A DNA stretch of 63,964 bases, the filler included, from Thelocarpon superellum (taxonomy: Eukaryota), in NCBI GenBank assembly GCA_026025795.1. It is 3 parts of 3 records of this genome, joined end to end, with 100 filler letters (N's around TTAATTAATTAA, not from the genome) between each part and the next. Parts side by side here need not be neighbours in the genome. Positions count along the whole stretch, not along the records: positions 23,538 to 46,941 come from JAPEUG010000284.1; positions 47,042 to 63,964 come from JAPEUG010000381.1; 1 more part is not named here. One strand, given 5' to 3'. A program made the position numbers and the translations under genes. The notes beneath the pieces were generated by a model. The model worked only from the letters and a program-made list of their open reading frames with translations, searched no databases and had not been told where the DNA came from. Below are positions 37,582 to 49,618 of the stretch, piece after piece. The stretch's first letter is position 1. Every line of letters starts with the position of its first letter.

Positions 37582-40500
37582 TCACGTCCATTTCCCTCCT
37601 CGCGAACCCCCCCGGTCACGACTTCCACCCCGACCTGATTGCGAATGCGCGCTGGAATGACTCTGGGCCTGGCTTTGGCTCTGACTTTGACTCTGTCCGG
37701 AGCCGGAGCCGGTTCCTTCGAGACTCCGTCGCTGTTGACCGGCCTGCGCACCGATCTCGCTCATGGCAAAGAGAAGCGGTTCATCCTCGTCGAACACCCC
37801 AGATGGCCCCGAGGAGACCGTGCGCGTGAAGGAATATCGTCCGACGCCTCCCACTGACGGAGACGGGCGATCGCTGGTTCCGCTGCCGCTGCCCCGTTCG
37901 CGATCGCCCGTCAGGATGCTTGCGTCAGACCCTGGGCCTCGTCCCGCCGCAGATCGGCCGCCTCGTGATCGGTAGGGCGAGTTGGTGAACTCCATCTCGG
38001 GTCGTTGTACGTGAGACCCTCCTTCGCGCGAGTCTAGGGAGGATGAGGCCTGCCGCGACATGGGAACGTTGGGATCGGTCAGGCGGGCACTATCTTCGTT
38101 TGGAGCGTCGGCATCGACTTCTTCGCGATCGGCCTGCGGTAACGCCGTATCGGACAGCTCTTGGAGCCCGAGGAGCGCACTGAGGCTGAGAGGCGGTCGA
38201 TCGTCCGTGCCCATGCTCGCGCTGCGGATGCCAAACGGTAAGAGATCGCCGATGGCATCCTCGACCGCGATCGCCCGCTGCTGCTGCGTGACAGAGCTGG
38301 ACCGTCGATTGGACGGATGAAAGGGCCTCGGAGACGTGGGAATGTCGATGGCGTTCGTCCCATTCCCGCTGGCTCCGTCACCAGACCCTCCGCGCGTCTC
38401 GCCCGCCTCGTCTCGAGCCGGACGATGCTCGACTCGGCTGCGGCGGGGTTGTGCGTACTCCACCACAGAGTTGGCGCTCAGGCGCGATGGCACCGCCGGC
38501 GTATGCGGAGTGTGGGGCGAGATCGGCTTGCCGGGCGAGGACGACGTCGACATGGATGTTCCCGTGACCATGGGTGGCACGCTGGAGAGCTGACGACTCG
38601 ACGAGCTCGACGACCGATGATGTAACAGGGATGACGAGGACATGGAGTCCGAGAGGGCTGCGTTGGAGTCTCGCATCCGCTGAAATTTGGATAGGGCCGC
38701 GCTCGTGCGCTTGCTCGAGGCGTCTCCGCTGGTAGGCCCATGAGCCGGCTCAAAGCTCTTCAGATTCTTTCGGAGGTCCAGCATTTTTAAAAAGTCCGAG
38801 ATGTTGTCGTCGTCCGTCTTGATTGAGCCCGAGCTTGCGCTGGCCACACCTTCTGTGAGCATCCCCGATCCGGGCTGTGCCGATGATGACGCCGGACTTC
38901 CTTTGCCGCTGCTGTTGTTATCGTCCTCCGTCTTGCTCGTGCCACCCGAGGAGAGCCGTCCACGTCGGTGCCCGAAGCTGCTGGCATATCGCGTGAGAGG
39001 GGCCGGTCGCGGCGACGGCGACGCCGACGACGCGATCGAGTGCTCTGGCAACGTGGGAATCTGCCGCGTCGATGGCGACGGCGGCTCGGGGGCATTTCGC
39101 GCCCGAGCCTGGGCAACAAACCCCACCCCCGAATTTCGTCCGAGGGAGTTCCGAGGCGAGGGTGCGGCCGGACCGGCTTGTGAGGGCGAGGCCGAGAGAG
39201 AGGGCGACTTGAACGGCATGAAGGAGACCGAAGGTCGTCGTTGCGAGGCCGTGACGCCGTCGCCCGATCGAAGGGATGATTTGGAGCCGGGTCCGGACCG
39301 AAGAATCGGCGCCGGTCGGGTCGGTGGCGAGGGTGAGGCGGACTCGGGCCCGAGGGCGCGCGCGTTGCGCAGGGCCGAGAGTGGGCTGGCACTGGTGGGG
39401 GGTCCAGCATGATGAAAGGTGGAGAGACTTCCATAGGCCTGCGCCCGATCGAGCGGATCCGTCGTCTCCTTGCGTTCCGGCGGCAACGAGCCCACCTCTT
39501 TCCCACTCGCCAAGAATCCCGGCGGCCGCGCGTCGGCGGCGTCGAGCGAGGGCCGGAAGAAATGATCGTCAATGCCCATAAAGTGCGAGCTCAGTAAGGC
39601 CTCGGAATCATCGACGCGAAACTCACACGATGTGCGGTAGGACACGTCAATGGAAAAGGGGCCGGCGGGCGATTCGGTGTTCCCAAAGGAAAAGTGGTCC
39701 GTCACTCGTCCGGTGGCTTCGAACAGGGGGACCTTGAGCGCGTCATATCGCGCCAAGGGGTCGAGTTCCTCTTCACTGAAGATTCGGCATTTCACCTTGA
39801 ACGCGCCGTGGTTAGACCGGAGTTTGGCCAGCCGCTTGGAAAACTTCCAGGCCGGGAGGAACTTGGAATAGGTATAGAGAGAGCGAAAGAGGACGATGCT
39901 CTTTTTGTAGACGACAGGCAGCACCGCATTTAAATCCGACGGCTGCTCTTCCGGCGGCTCGCCAAGGTGTATCGTCCATCGCTCGAGGATGACCTGGGTC
40001 CGCTTGGCCCGACTTGACCGCGTGCCGACGGTTGCTTCCGATGCATTGAGCGAATCCATGACGTTCCATCGTTTGCCCTGGTCGTCGATCACTACCAGGC
40101 TTTGGCTGTTGGTCAGATCGGCCGTATCGAGGAAGGTCTCCATTATCATGGCCGGCGGCCGATGTTCCTCGGCATCGCATGTCTTCCATCGCCGCCAGTC
40201 TTCTCGAAAGACATCCGTCTCATCGATCTCGACGTTGAACTATCTTCTATCAGCGTCTCGTCCCACGTCATGGCTGCGGCGGTTTCTTACCCATTTGTTG
40301 ACTCGTCGAGTCGAGGCCCCTTTATTATACGATGGGGGGCAGATCATTCTCGATTGCGCGATGATGAGGGCCGCCTTTACAAAGTAATTCTTCGGGGCCG
40401 CGGCTGGTCAGCATGGCTGTGACGGTAGGTAATGCGCGGGAACGCACCTGAATGATCTGATTCAGCTTCGTCTTCCCCTCCCGTGCTTGCCCCGCCGCTT

Positions 40501-40702
40501 GTTGGTTCGACGAGACGACGGGGGCGACGTCTCCGCCTCCTCCTTCTACGGCACTGGCTCGCTCGCTCGATCGGGTCACCTCGGAGATGGACCGCGTTCG
40601 CTCCTCCACGCCTTGATCCCTCAGAGGGCCACTTCGGCCCGCACCCGGCCGGGGCATGGCCGCCGGCGAGGCGGCTTTCGGTGAGGTGCGATGCTGATGC
40701 AT
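37582..40702 (-). CDS. atg13: Autophagy protein Atg13 (HORMA domain + disordered C-terminus), 3 exons
   Basis: [79 protein letters not shown]; motifs [23 protein letters not shown] and [10 protein letters not shown]. Confidence 0.93.
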
Positions 40703-41816
40703 GTTGGCGAGAAAGGGGGGTCCGCCCGGACGGCCGACCCAGGCACGTCAATGGGCGGCCGGATGCGCGGTGGGAGCCGGAGTCAGGCGACGAGAACAAT
40801 GGCGGGGATGGTCAACTAGGACCTGAACGCATCCTGAGGTCGGATGCCGGGCTACCATCCATCGGCACTGACCAACGGATGCTACCGGGGATGGACGAGG
40901 AGCCGGGTTATAGGGTGCAGTAAGCAGGATGGCGTGCGGACGGTGGTGGTGAGTGAAGACAGCATATGCTGCCCAGCGCGGGATGGTTAAGGGTTGGAGG
41001 GCAGGGGGGAGACGAGGGGCAAGGCCAGGCAGATGCGGGTTTAGGCCGACATGGTCCAGGCAACGATGAGGCTCCAACGCTGATGTACAAGGAGGGTTTC
41101 GACACCCGATCGGCAGAGTCTTCCAGCTCCGTAGCGGACGAGAGGCTCGACCGGCTGCCGGGCTCGTGCTCGTAGGCGAACGATGGCGCCGGGTGCTGCA
41201 GCGCAATGGAGTCGAAGGGAGATGATGGTCTCGTTGGATGGCGCACCGGGACAAGGTTCGCGGACAAGCGCCAGCTGATCAGCGGGTATGACTCGACCAG
41301 CACGATTCGAGCAGAGACGAGTCGAGACGAGACGAGGCGAGACAAGCGGAGCGGGGAACGCCAGGCACCCTGTCTCCAACCGGACGGCGTCGTGTGCACT
41401 CGACCACGGTTCACGATGATGGTGCAATGGACCGGACGAGGTCGACGACGGTCTCAACGGGCAGCGGGGAGGGTAGGCGGCCAAGCTGGGACGAGTGCTG
41501 GGATGCAGGTCGACAGTTTGAGACTCGCAGGGTCCCCCAAATCGAAGCTCCAAAGGACGGAGATAGGCCGAACTGCGTCCCGTACAACTTCGCCCTGCTC
41601 CGGGGCCATCCGATACGTCCAACTACGGGGGCCCAGCACCGTGTAGGATCGTAGCACGGAGTACTCCGTAACATAGTCGCAGCGGTGCTAGAGCAATACG
41701 GGGAGGGAGAGGCACTATCGTACGCCCAAGCGAGAAGCGAGACACGAGACCATCGAGGCGATAACGACATCCACACTATCCTGCATGGGACGATACGTGG
41801 GACGAGAGCGGCCTTG

Positions 41817-41852
41817 CACCACCACCACCACCACCACCACCACCACCACCAT
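41817..41852. repeat. (CAC)11 trinucleotide microsatellite
   Basis: Direct reading; intergenic, downstream of the P450 and upstream of atg13. Confidence 0.93.
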
Positions 41853-42045
41853 CCCGCCGGTAAGCACGACGTCCGCCCCACAGCAGTAGCATGGGAGTCG
41901 CAATCGGCGGAACCTCTTTCTCGCAGCAGTGCTGGCGATGAGTGCATTCCGCTTGACATGCATCATTCAGCACCTTACACTTGGCCGCTGATGAGATTCG
42001 CGATGGCATCATCCAGCACGTGACCGAACAGGACCCTCGCGTCGC

Positions 42046-43704
42046 TCAGGCTTTGCCCACCGTCACACGTAAGCCGGTGGAATCTAAGCGTGGGGAGGGA
42101 TTGAAGAAGTCGTGCGCCGTCTCCACATCGTCGCGCGTCGTTTCGTAGAGGACGAGATCGAACTGGCCAAAGACGCTGGCAGTGGCGAGATACATCTCGG
42201 CGTAGGCAAGGTTCATGCCCAAGCACCCACGCGTGCCTCGGCTGAAGGGCACCAGGTATTTTTCCAGGCGGTCCATCGACGCACCCTCCAGCCAGCGCTC
42301 GGGCTTCCAGGTGCGCGGGTCGGGGAAGAGGCGCTCGTTGTCGTGGAGATAGACCGACGTCATACTCACCGGCGTACCGGGCGGGATGACCCACTCCTCG
42401 AACTGCAGCGCCCGGTCCGGCGCCACCCGCTGCAGGCGGGAGCTGACCCCATATCCCAGCCGTAAGCCTTCGTTGACGACGGCGTGCAGGTACGGCAGTT
42501 GCTCCAGCTGCTGCAATGGAAGGTGAGCGCTAGCTGTCGCGCCCGCTGCCGCCAGCTCCTGCTGGAGTTTGCGCCGCGATGCCGGATTGGCCAACAAATG
42601 GTAAGAGATGGTCTTGAGCGCATGGGCTGTGGTGAGGGTGCCGGCCCCCACCAAGGTCTGGCCCTCGTACACCATCCGCCGCATCGTCTGCTCCTCCCGT
42701 GGGATGTCGGCCGTGAGGAGCTCGTGGAAGATGGTGGGGTGTTCACCCGTCGAGTATTCCTCCGGCTTGCTCGCCTGAATTCGCCGCACCTGATCTTCCA
42801 TGTTCTGGCACGGACCCGTCAACACTCCCGTCGACAAGTTTCGTTGGTCCCATGTCATACGTACCAGCTGGATTCGGATCAGGGCCATGATGGGAGGGTT
42901 GGTGATGGCCACAAACCAATGCGGCATGCGCTCGAGCAAGGGAAATAACCAGCCAAACTGCTTGATCAGATGCGTGAGCTCCGACGGGGCCATCATCATG
43001 TCGTAGAAGTCCGAGGCGAAGTCGGGCGTCGACAGCAGATCGAAGCTCTTCCCGAACGAATACTCGGTGATGACGTCTGCCGTGAGGGCGCTCCAGGCGT
43101 GGCCGAGGTTCAGCGGCTCGCCCGATGGTTGGAAGCCGCGCAGGCGCGCGCAGAGATGGTCAACCGCGCCCTGGATCATGGGCTCTAGTCGCGTCACCGA
43201 CCGCTTGGAGAAGAAGGTCGACAGCGCTGCGCGTCGGCGGCGGTGGAGATCGTGCGAGACGGTGGAGAAGCCGGAGCCACCGTCGCCGAACATCTTGGCC
43301 GACCAGGCCCATTTGTCCGTCGTCTTGGTCGGGCCAGCGTAGACGTCGTCGTAGAAGTCTGGGTCGTTGATGTGGAGCTCGTACGGATTGATGCGCACGA
43401 TAGGGCCTGCCCACGCCCTGTCAGTCCGTCAAGGCCAGTGTGCAGGGAGCGGGTCGCAGGTCGGTCACCTACCATACTGCTGGTGCAGCTCGCCGATGCG
43501 CCAGGTATAACGTCCCCGCAGGACCACGTCGTAGTAGAACTCATACCAGAACGTCACCGCCGCCAGCCAAGGGCCAGGAAAACCGGCGATGGGACTGAAA
43601 TATAGCTGGTAGACGGCATTCGCGGCAATGTATGCAATCGTCAGCACGATGCCGGCCGCGCCGAGCTCCAGCCGATAGGTTGATGCGAGGTCGAGGATGT
43701 ACAT
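42046..43704 (-). CDS. Cytochrome P450 (trichodiene oxygenase/CYP58-like class), 3 exons
   Basis: N-terminal TM anchor, FPGPWLAAVTFWYEFYYDV, YG|PIVRINPYELH, I-helix AGTLTT, EGLR, PERW and heme motif FSRGTRGCLG. Introns at ~43407-43471 and 42805-42864. Confidence 0.93.
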
Positions 43705-45406
43705 GACCACGCGGACGATGGAGGCGTCGTCGTGCCGGCGGGACACGGCGGCAACATGGCCATACTTGTAGGCGCGGGCGAGTCTTGGCTTCCAACCCGA
43801 AGGTGGCGGTCCTTTCCGACCATGGGTACGACTCCTCCGTAGTCGCTTTTGTTCTCGTCCTCGTCCTCGTCCTCGTGCTCGTGCTCGTGCTCCAGGATAG
43901 GACGGGCCGGCCCTTCTGGTGCGTCGATGGTGTCGTTCCGGATGGGGGGGCCAGTTGGTGCTCTAGGCTCTCCGGTGCCGTTGCTGAGCTCGACATGCAT
44001 CGCTAGCCATCCTCTAGCGTGGGATAGGAATTGCGGGACGAACAGCCGGACCAGGATCGACTTGAGCAACGGCCGGCTCCCGCACGTGGTCGAGACAAAC
44101 CGTGCACCCACCACGACGAAGACCGGTGGTTCCTAGGGACGTATACGAATTACACGGACGGATCTGCTGCGGGAAGTCTAACGGAAGTCCGTCAGCGTCG
44201 CTCTAATTCCTCCACCTTGGATGTGAAGCTCTCCCACGACGTAGTAGACTTGCACGTCGCGAAGATGACAATCCCTATTGTGCTTGGTCATGACCGTCCT
44301 GCCACTGGGGCCGCCGGGTGGTCGCTATGCACCTAATCAATTCCGGCGATGCCCTCGCTTCAGGGAGTCAACGATAGCGTGGTCCCGTCCGCCTTTCAAC
44401 CTGCCCAAGGCTGCCAGCACGCTGCAGCTTCCTGCGCTCGCGCCGCCCTTCACGAACGCTTCTGGCGTCTCGCGGGCCGTAAGACCGCGGTGCGAAGACA
44501 TGGAGGGGCTGTCGTGGCAAACTCTCAGCCTTCCCTTCATCTCGCCATTCTCCCACAGGGCTGGGTGGAACGAGACGCTCAATTCACCATGATCGCCACG
44601 ACCGTTTCTCTCACCGAGGACGCGAATCATGTTCTGCCTTTACCTGATAGCCTGATCGGTCACACAGTCCATCGTCGTCATAAGCCCCAATGGCGCGGGT
44701 CTGGACCATCCAAGGAACGCGTGAGCGCTCTCGTGCGGTGGTGGAGCTGACCCATGCTCCCTGGTCTGATTGGTCAAAGTGGGGGGACAGTGGGTGCAGC
44801 GATAGATCGACCGACAGATTCTGGTCTCGGAGGCCGGCGCTACTGCGGGGATGAGTCGTGGAACTATGTTCTGTTACCATCAGTAGACGCGTTGGGCTTG
44901 CTGCAGTAGCTCCAGGCAGTTCTCGTGTGGATTCGCAGCTCCTCGCCCGAGTCGCCCGAGTGATGCGAGGTCACATCCTCCAGTTCCCGCTATAGTTGCC
45001 ACTGAAGCTGCTGGTCATGCTGTCAAGTAGACGATCGATCGGGTGGGTTTGTTCACCCACTCCCTGTCATCCCACGCCGTTCCTCCCTTCGCGCCATCCT
45101 CCGTGCCCATCTCATCCGGCATTCCCTGCCTTCCCTTCTGTCCACGGAAGTGGCCCAAACCACCGGGTCCGTGTTCGCAAATGAGGGAGAGAGGAGGCGG
45201 CGAGAGACCACCCGCCCCGAAGACCATGATCCCAGGACGGTCGAGTCCCACTCCTGGTGGCTGCTCCTGCTCCTGTAGCCTACCATTGCCCGCAAGTTGA
45301 GCGTTGTCCTCTTGTGCCTCGCGATTCGCAGCAATTGAACCACAATCCTCTCCACACTTGGCCCATCGGACTCTTGTGACTTGATCTGATCGTCGCATCT
45401 GTCACT

Positions 45407-46941
45407 ATGGCGGACTCCAGCGCCCCCGCAGCGGAAGCTCCGGCGACGACGGCCCTGCCGGAGCCGGCGGAGCCCTTGATCGATATAGACACCGAGGTAC
45501 GAGTGCATGATCGGCACTGCAGCTCCTTTGCATTTTTCGTGCCGTCGACTAAGCTCCGCTCAGTCGACCTTTGATGGCGATTCCGCCTTGGGAGATGATC
45601 AGTGCGTCTCTTCGAGCTCCAAGCTGCAGTGGCGGCGTCTCCGGCGGACCATCATTGACTGGATACAGGTCGGCCTTGACCGCATCGTTGACCTCCACCG
45701 TACTGAACTACCCCTACGAGAATGGCCGTCGCTATCATGCCTACCAGCAAGGGAGTCAGTACTCCGGGCCTCATGCTCTCGTCCTTTGTCGCGAAGCCGC
45801 TCACTAGAGGCAGAGTATATCATGCCCAACGATGAGGTGCGCCCATTTTGGACCCAGGTGCGCCATCGAAAGAGACTGACATGGGCGGCCGGACTGGGTA
45901 GCAAGAAAACGATCGACTCGACATGGCCCATCATATGATGATCCTCCGCACGGACGGCAAGCTGCACTTGGCCCCCATCGGCAAGAATCCGCAGCGGATC
46001 CTCGATCTCGGGACGGGGACAGGCATCTGGTGTATCGAGATGGGTGGGGACCCTGAGCATGACGAGCGGGGCATGGAGCAGTGACTGATGGACATGTGTG
46101 ACGCAGGTGACGAATATCCTTCGGCACAGGTGGGCCACCCTTGCCGACGCGGTTCCCATCACCCTGATATACTGACGTCTCCGACAGATCCTGGGGAATG
46201 ACTTGAGCCCCGTGCAGCCGACCATGTCGCGTCTCTACCCATGCTCATGCGAACGACGGGGACTGACGTCGTGTAGGGTGCCGCCTAACGTCAAGTTCGA
46301 GGTGGACGATGTCGAGAGTGAATGGACCTTCACTACGCCTTTTGACTACATCCATTGTCGCTACCTGGCTACGTCAATCGCCGATTGGCCGGGCCTGGTG
46401 AGAAAGTGCTCTGAGCACGTGGCCCCGGGTGGCTGGGTGGAGTTTCAGGACTATGATATGCAGTACTACTCCGAGGACGGATCTTTGAAGCCCGAGCATG
46501 CCGTCGCCCGCTGGATCGGCCTCAGCATCGAGGCGTCCAACGATAACGGGCGCACGCCGAGCCCTGGCCCGCAGCTCAAGGCCTGGGTGCAAGATGCGGG
46601 CTTTGTGGACATTCACCACCAGCGACTGAAGCTCCCGATCGGTCGATGGCCCAAAGACCCCCAGCTGGTAGCTCTTGAACCATCTCCGCGCGTCGCCCTG
46701 CTCGATCTGACGTCGAGGTAGAAAACGGTGGGGGCGTGGAATCTACTCCAGATCTTGGAGGGGCTCGAGGGCTTCTCCATGGCCCTCTTCACGCGCAAGC
46801 TCGGCTGGTCGCACCAAGAGGTGCAGCTCTTGCTGGCGCAAGTCCGCGCCAATCTCAAGGATCCGGCCATTCATGCGCAGCTGGACTTGTACGTCGACCA
46901 GCATCCGCTCGCCTCCTTTGGTGGAGTCTGCTGACAGCTTT
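45407..46941 (+). CDS. LaeA-like (Llm) SAM-dependent methyltransferase, many introns, last exon lost at the gap
   Basis: SLTSTVLNYPYENGRRYHAY, PNDE|QENDRLDMAHH, RILDLGTGTGIW, GNDLSPVQP, VPPNVKFEVDDVESEW, FDYIHCR, PGGWVE and KLPIGRWPKDP. The final intron (GTACGT...CTGAC) runs into the N spacer. Confidence 0.9.
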
Positions 46942-47041
46942 NNNNNNNNNNNNNNNNNNNNNNNNNNNNNNNNNNNNNNNNNNNNTTAATTAATTAANNN
47001 NNNNNNNNNNNNNNNNNNNNNNNNNNNNNNNNNNNNNNNNN
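46942..47041. other. Artificial contig spacer N44-TTAATTAATTAA-N44
   Basis: Same 100-bp structure as 23438-23537. Confidence 0.97.
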
Positions 47042-47222
47042 GAATCCAGGTGGTAATAGAAAGTCCGCTTGGGACAGGATAGAAGGGGTAATGGACCTAG
47101 GCGTGTCTCCCTAGCAGCCCACAGCAAAACCACATCACATTCTGGTCTTGTTCAATTTGTCTGATTCATGCTCATTGTAAGCGAGGATATCGGCACACGA
47201 TCGTATAGCATCATGGATCTCA

Positions 47223-48557
47223 TTAACACCACGCGAACTTCTCATTGGCCTCCCAATCGACATTCTTCCCCTCGATATCACACCCCTTCCATCGCAGACA
47301 CGGGATGCTGCCCTCCGTGCGCTCTCCGACCGTGACCTGAACACCAGGGAGGGACTTCGTGACAGCCACGAGTTGCTCGGACGGCGCCCAGACTATCACG
47401 CCGTGGAGAGCCCACTGCTTTGCCTCCGCCACGGCACGGGCCATGATGAGAGCCAAGGCCTCGCTGATGCCGGCCTCGCTGCTGTCGCCGTCCCTGAGCC
47501 CGCCCAGCGTCACGATCCGCAGCACGTTCAGCTCGCGCTCGCGGAAATCATGCGTCCAGTACATCCAGCAGTTACCCGCATGGGCGCCCTTGACGCGCGG
47601 GATCTGGTCCTTGCCTAGGTGGATGCGGGCGATGTACTCCACCGTCGCGAAGTGCCAGCTGGCCTGGGCGAAGGAGGGCGCGAAGGAGAAGCGCGCGTCG
47701 ACGCCGTCCGCGAGCGGCTCGTCTCGGATAGAGTGCCGCAGCACCTCCGTGTCCCGCTCGCACAGCGCTTCCATGTCTTCCAGGTACAATGGCGTGGCCC
47801 CGCTGCCTTCACCTTCCGCGGGTGCATCGGCCGGTACGGAGCCCGTTGCGGCCTCAAAGTTGATCTGCATCTGCTGCGAAGGAAAGGTGCGCCATCCTCG
47901 CTGAGCGTACCATACCTGGATTGGAAACATCAGAATCAGGATCCTGCGTGGGAGCGATCATGGAATGAATGGATCAGGGGTCACGTAGAGACGCAACACA
48001 CATACAAAGTCACTCACCTTGCCGATATCAGAGTAGAGGGCGCTGAAACGGCCGCCGCCCTCGCGGTCCAGCCACTCGCCCAACTTCTGCATCAGCACCG
48101 TGGCAATGCCACGCTTGCGGATGACCGGGTCGGTGAAGACGCTGGCGATGCCGTGCCCGATCTCCTCGGTGTAGCCGCCCGCCTTGGTCTTGACCATCAC
48201 CTCCTTCTGGAGCGTCTCGACGGCGGCATAGACATGCCCGCTTGCCTTGGGATCCACCAGGACCCAGTACCGGATCTTCCCGTTCCGCGTCATCGTCTGG
48301 CTGCCATTGAGCGTCTCACGGCCGATGTAGTCCGTAATGGATTTGAGCGGGGCCGACCACGACCCGCTATTGCGCGCCCAGCAGAGGTGTTTCTCCGCCA
48401 GGCTGGCCTCGCGGAAGATCAATGTCTTGGGGTCGACGGAGCCATCGGCGGTCGTAGGTGCCGGACTGCCCTCAAGAGCTGCGAAGGCAACCTCGCCATC
48501 CTCGACGCCCCGGGAATGTTCGCCCTCCGAGTGAGATGGAGCAGCTACGGCGGCCAT
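47223..48557 (-). CDS. GNAT-family acetyltransferase, Lyc1 (lysine N6-acetyltransferase)-like, 2 exons
   Basis: GIASVFTDPVIRKRGIATVLM (acetyl-CoA motif A), SALYSDIGK|VWYAQRGW, SIPCLRW and C-terminal WEANEKFAWC. Intron at ~47917-48018. Confidence 0.82.
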
Positions 48558-49618
48558 GTTGACGATCACGCAGCTCGGCGCCTCGAGAAATATTGGGAGA
48601 GAAATTGTCGGTGCACAGGCAAACGAAACCAGCAACAACGTAGACACAGTCCCAAGCTCGAGCGTGGGCATGAACCACCCGAGCCAAGTGCGTCTTATAG
48701 GGGAATCTGGGGAGCCCCGCCGCGGTTTACAATCGCCATCACAATGCCCGTGCCCGTGCCACCATCATGGCCCGAGTTGACTCTCTTGGCGGGTCTGGAG
48801 TGGACGAGAGCGTCGCGGCAAGAAGCTATAGGCTGCCGCCAAGGCGATCGTGCAGCCTAGAGTGGAAATGCAGTCCCTAGCCGAAGCAGCCTCGGTGCTC
48901 TGCTCTTCTCCGCTCGGCGCTGCTCGGCGGCGCACCCCACAGAAAGGATTCACTACGGGACGAGATCTGTCCGTCGCGTTCCAAAATCTCTCTTCCCCCG
49001 GCACGACCCCACGCGACAATCAATGGTTCCCGGCTGGCAATGGGCCCGCCGATGCCACCTCAATGGCGTGGCGCCTTTCTGCCCGCGTTAGTGCGGACGG
49101 CTAATGCGGTGCGTGTTGGCGGTGTAAGAGTATAACTGTGTTGAGTCGTTAGTTAGAGGGCGATGCCCTGTCCAGCGGGCGGGTGCAGTTCCGCTCGGCG
49201 CCTAGATCCCGCTGCAGTACTGAGGTCGCTACAGAATTTTCCGCATGGCAAGGCAACACGCCAGGCTCTTTTTCCGGGGTCATTTTTGCCGCTGGTTGAC
49301 CATGACTGCGAAGTCGCCTCGTGGATGTCAAAGCGCGGCACCGTTGATCTCCGCCATGTGCGTCCCGCTTACCCGCGGATAGGAGTGGAGCTTCTATCGA
49401 AATGAGCCTCAGGAGAGAATCTCCCGGTCGCGTGACCGTACGCATCAGGATGCAAGTTCTTTCTTCGACGGTTTCTCTATAACGCTATGTAACCTCATCG
49501 CAGATCGTATCAATCATCAAGGTATCCTTTCTCTTGAAATCGTGCTTGCCAACACCAGCACCATGCCAGACCAATAAACATTCGCGCAAGATGCATCCCC
49601 TTTCACGTTCACCTTCCC

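Noticed and set aside
41411..42023. ORFs with poly-W, poly-H or poly-V runs
   Set aside because: They are translations of the (CAC)n microsatellite with no other coding signal.
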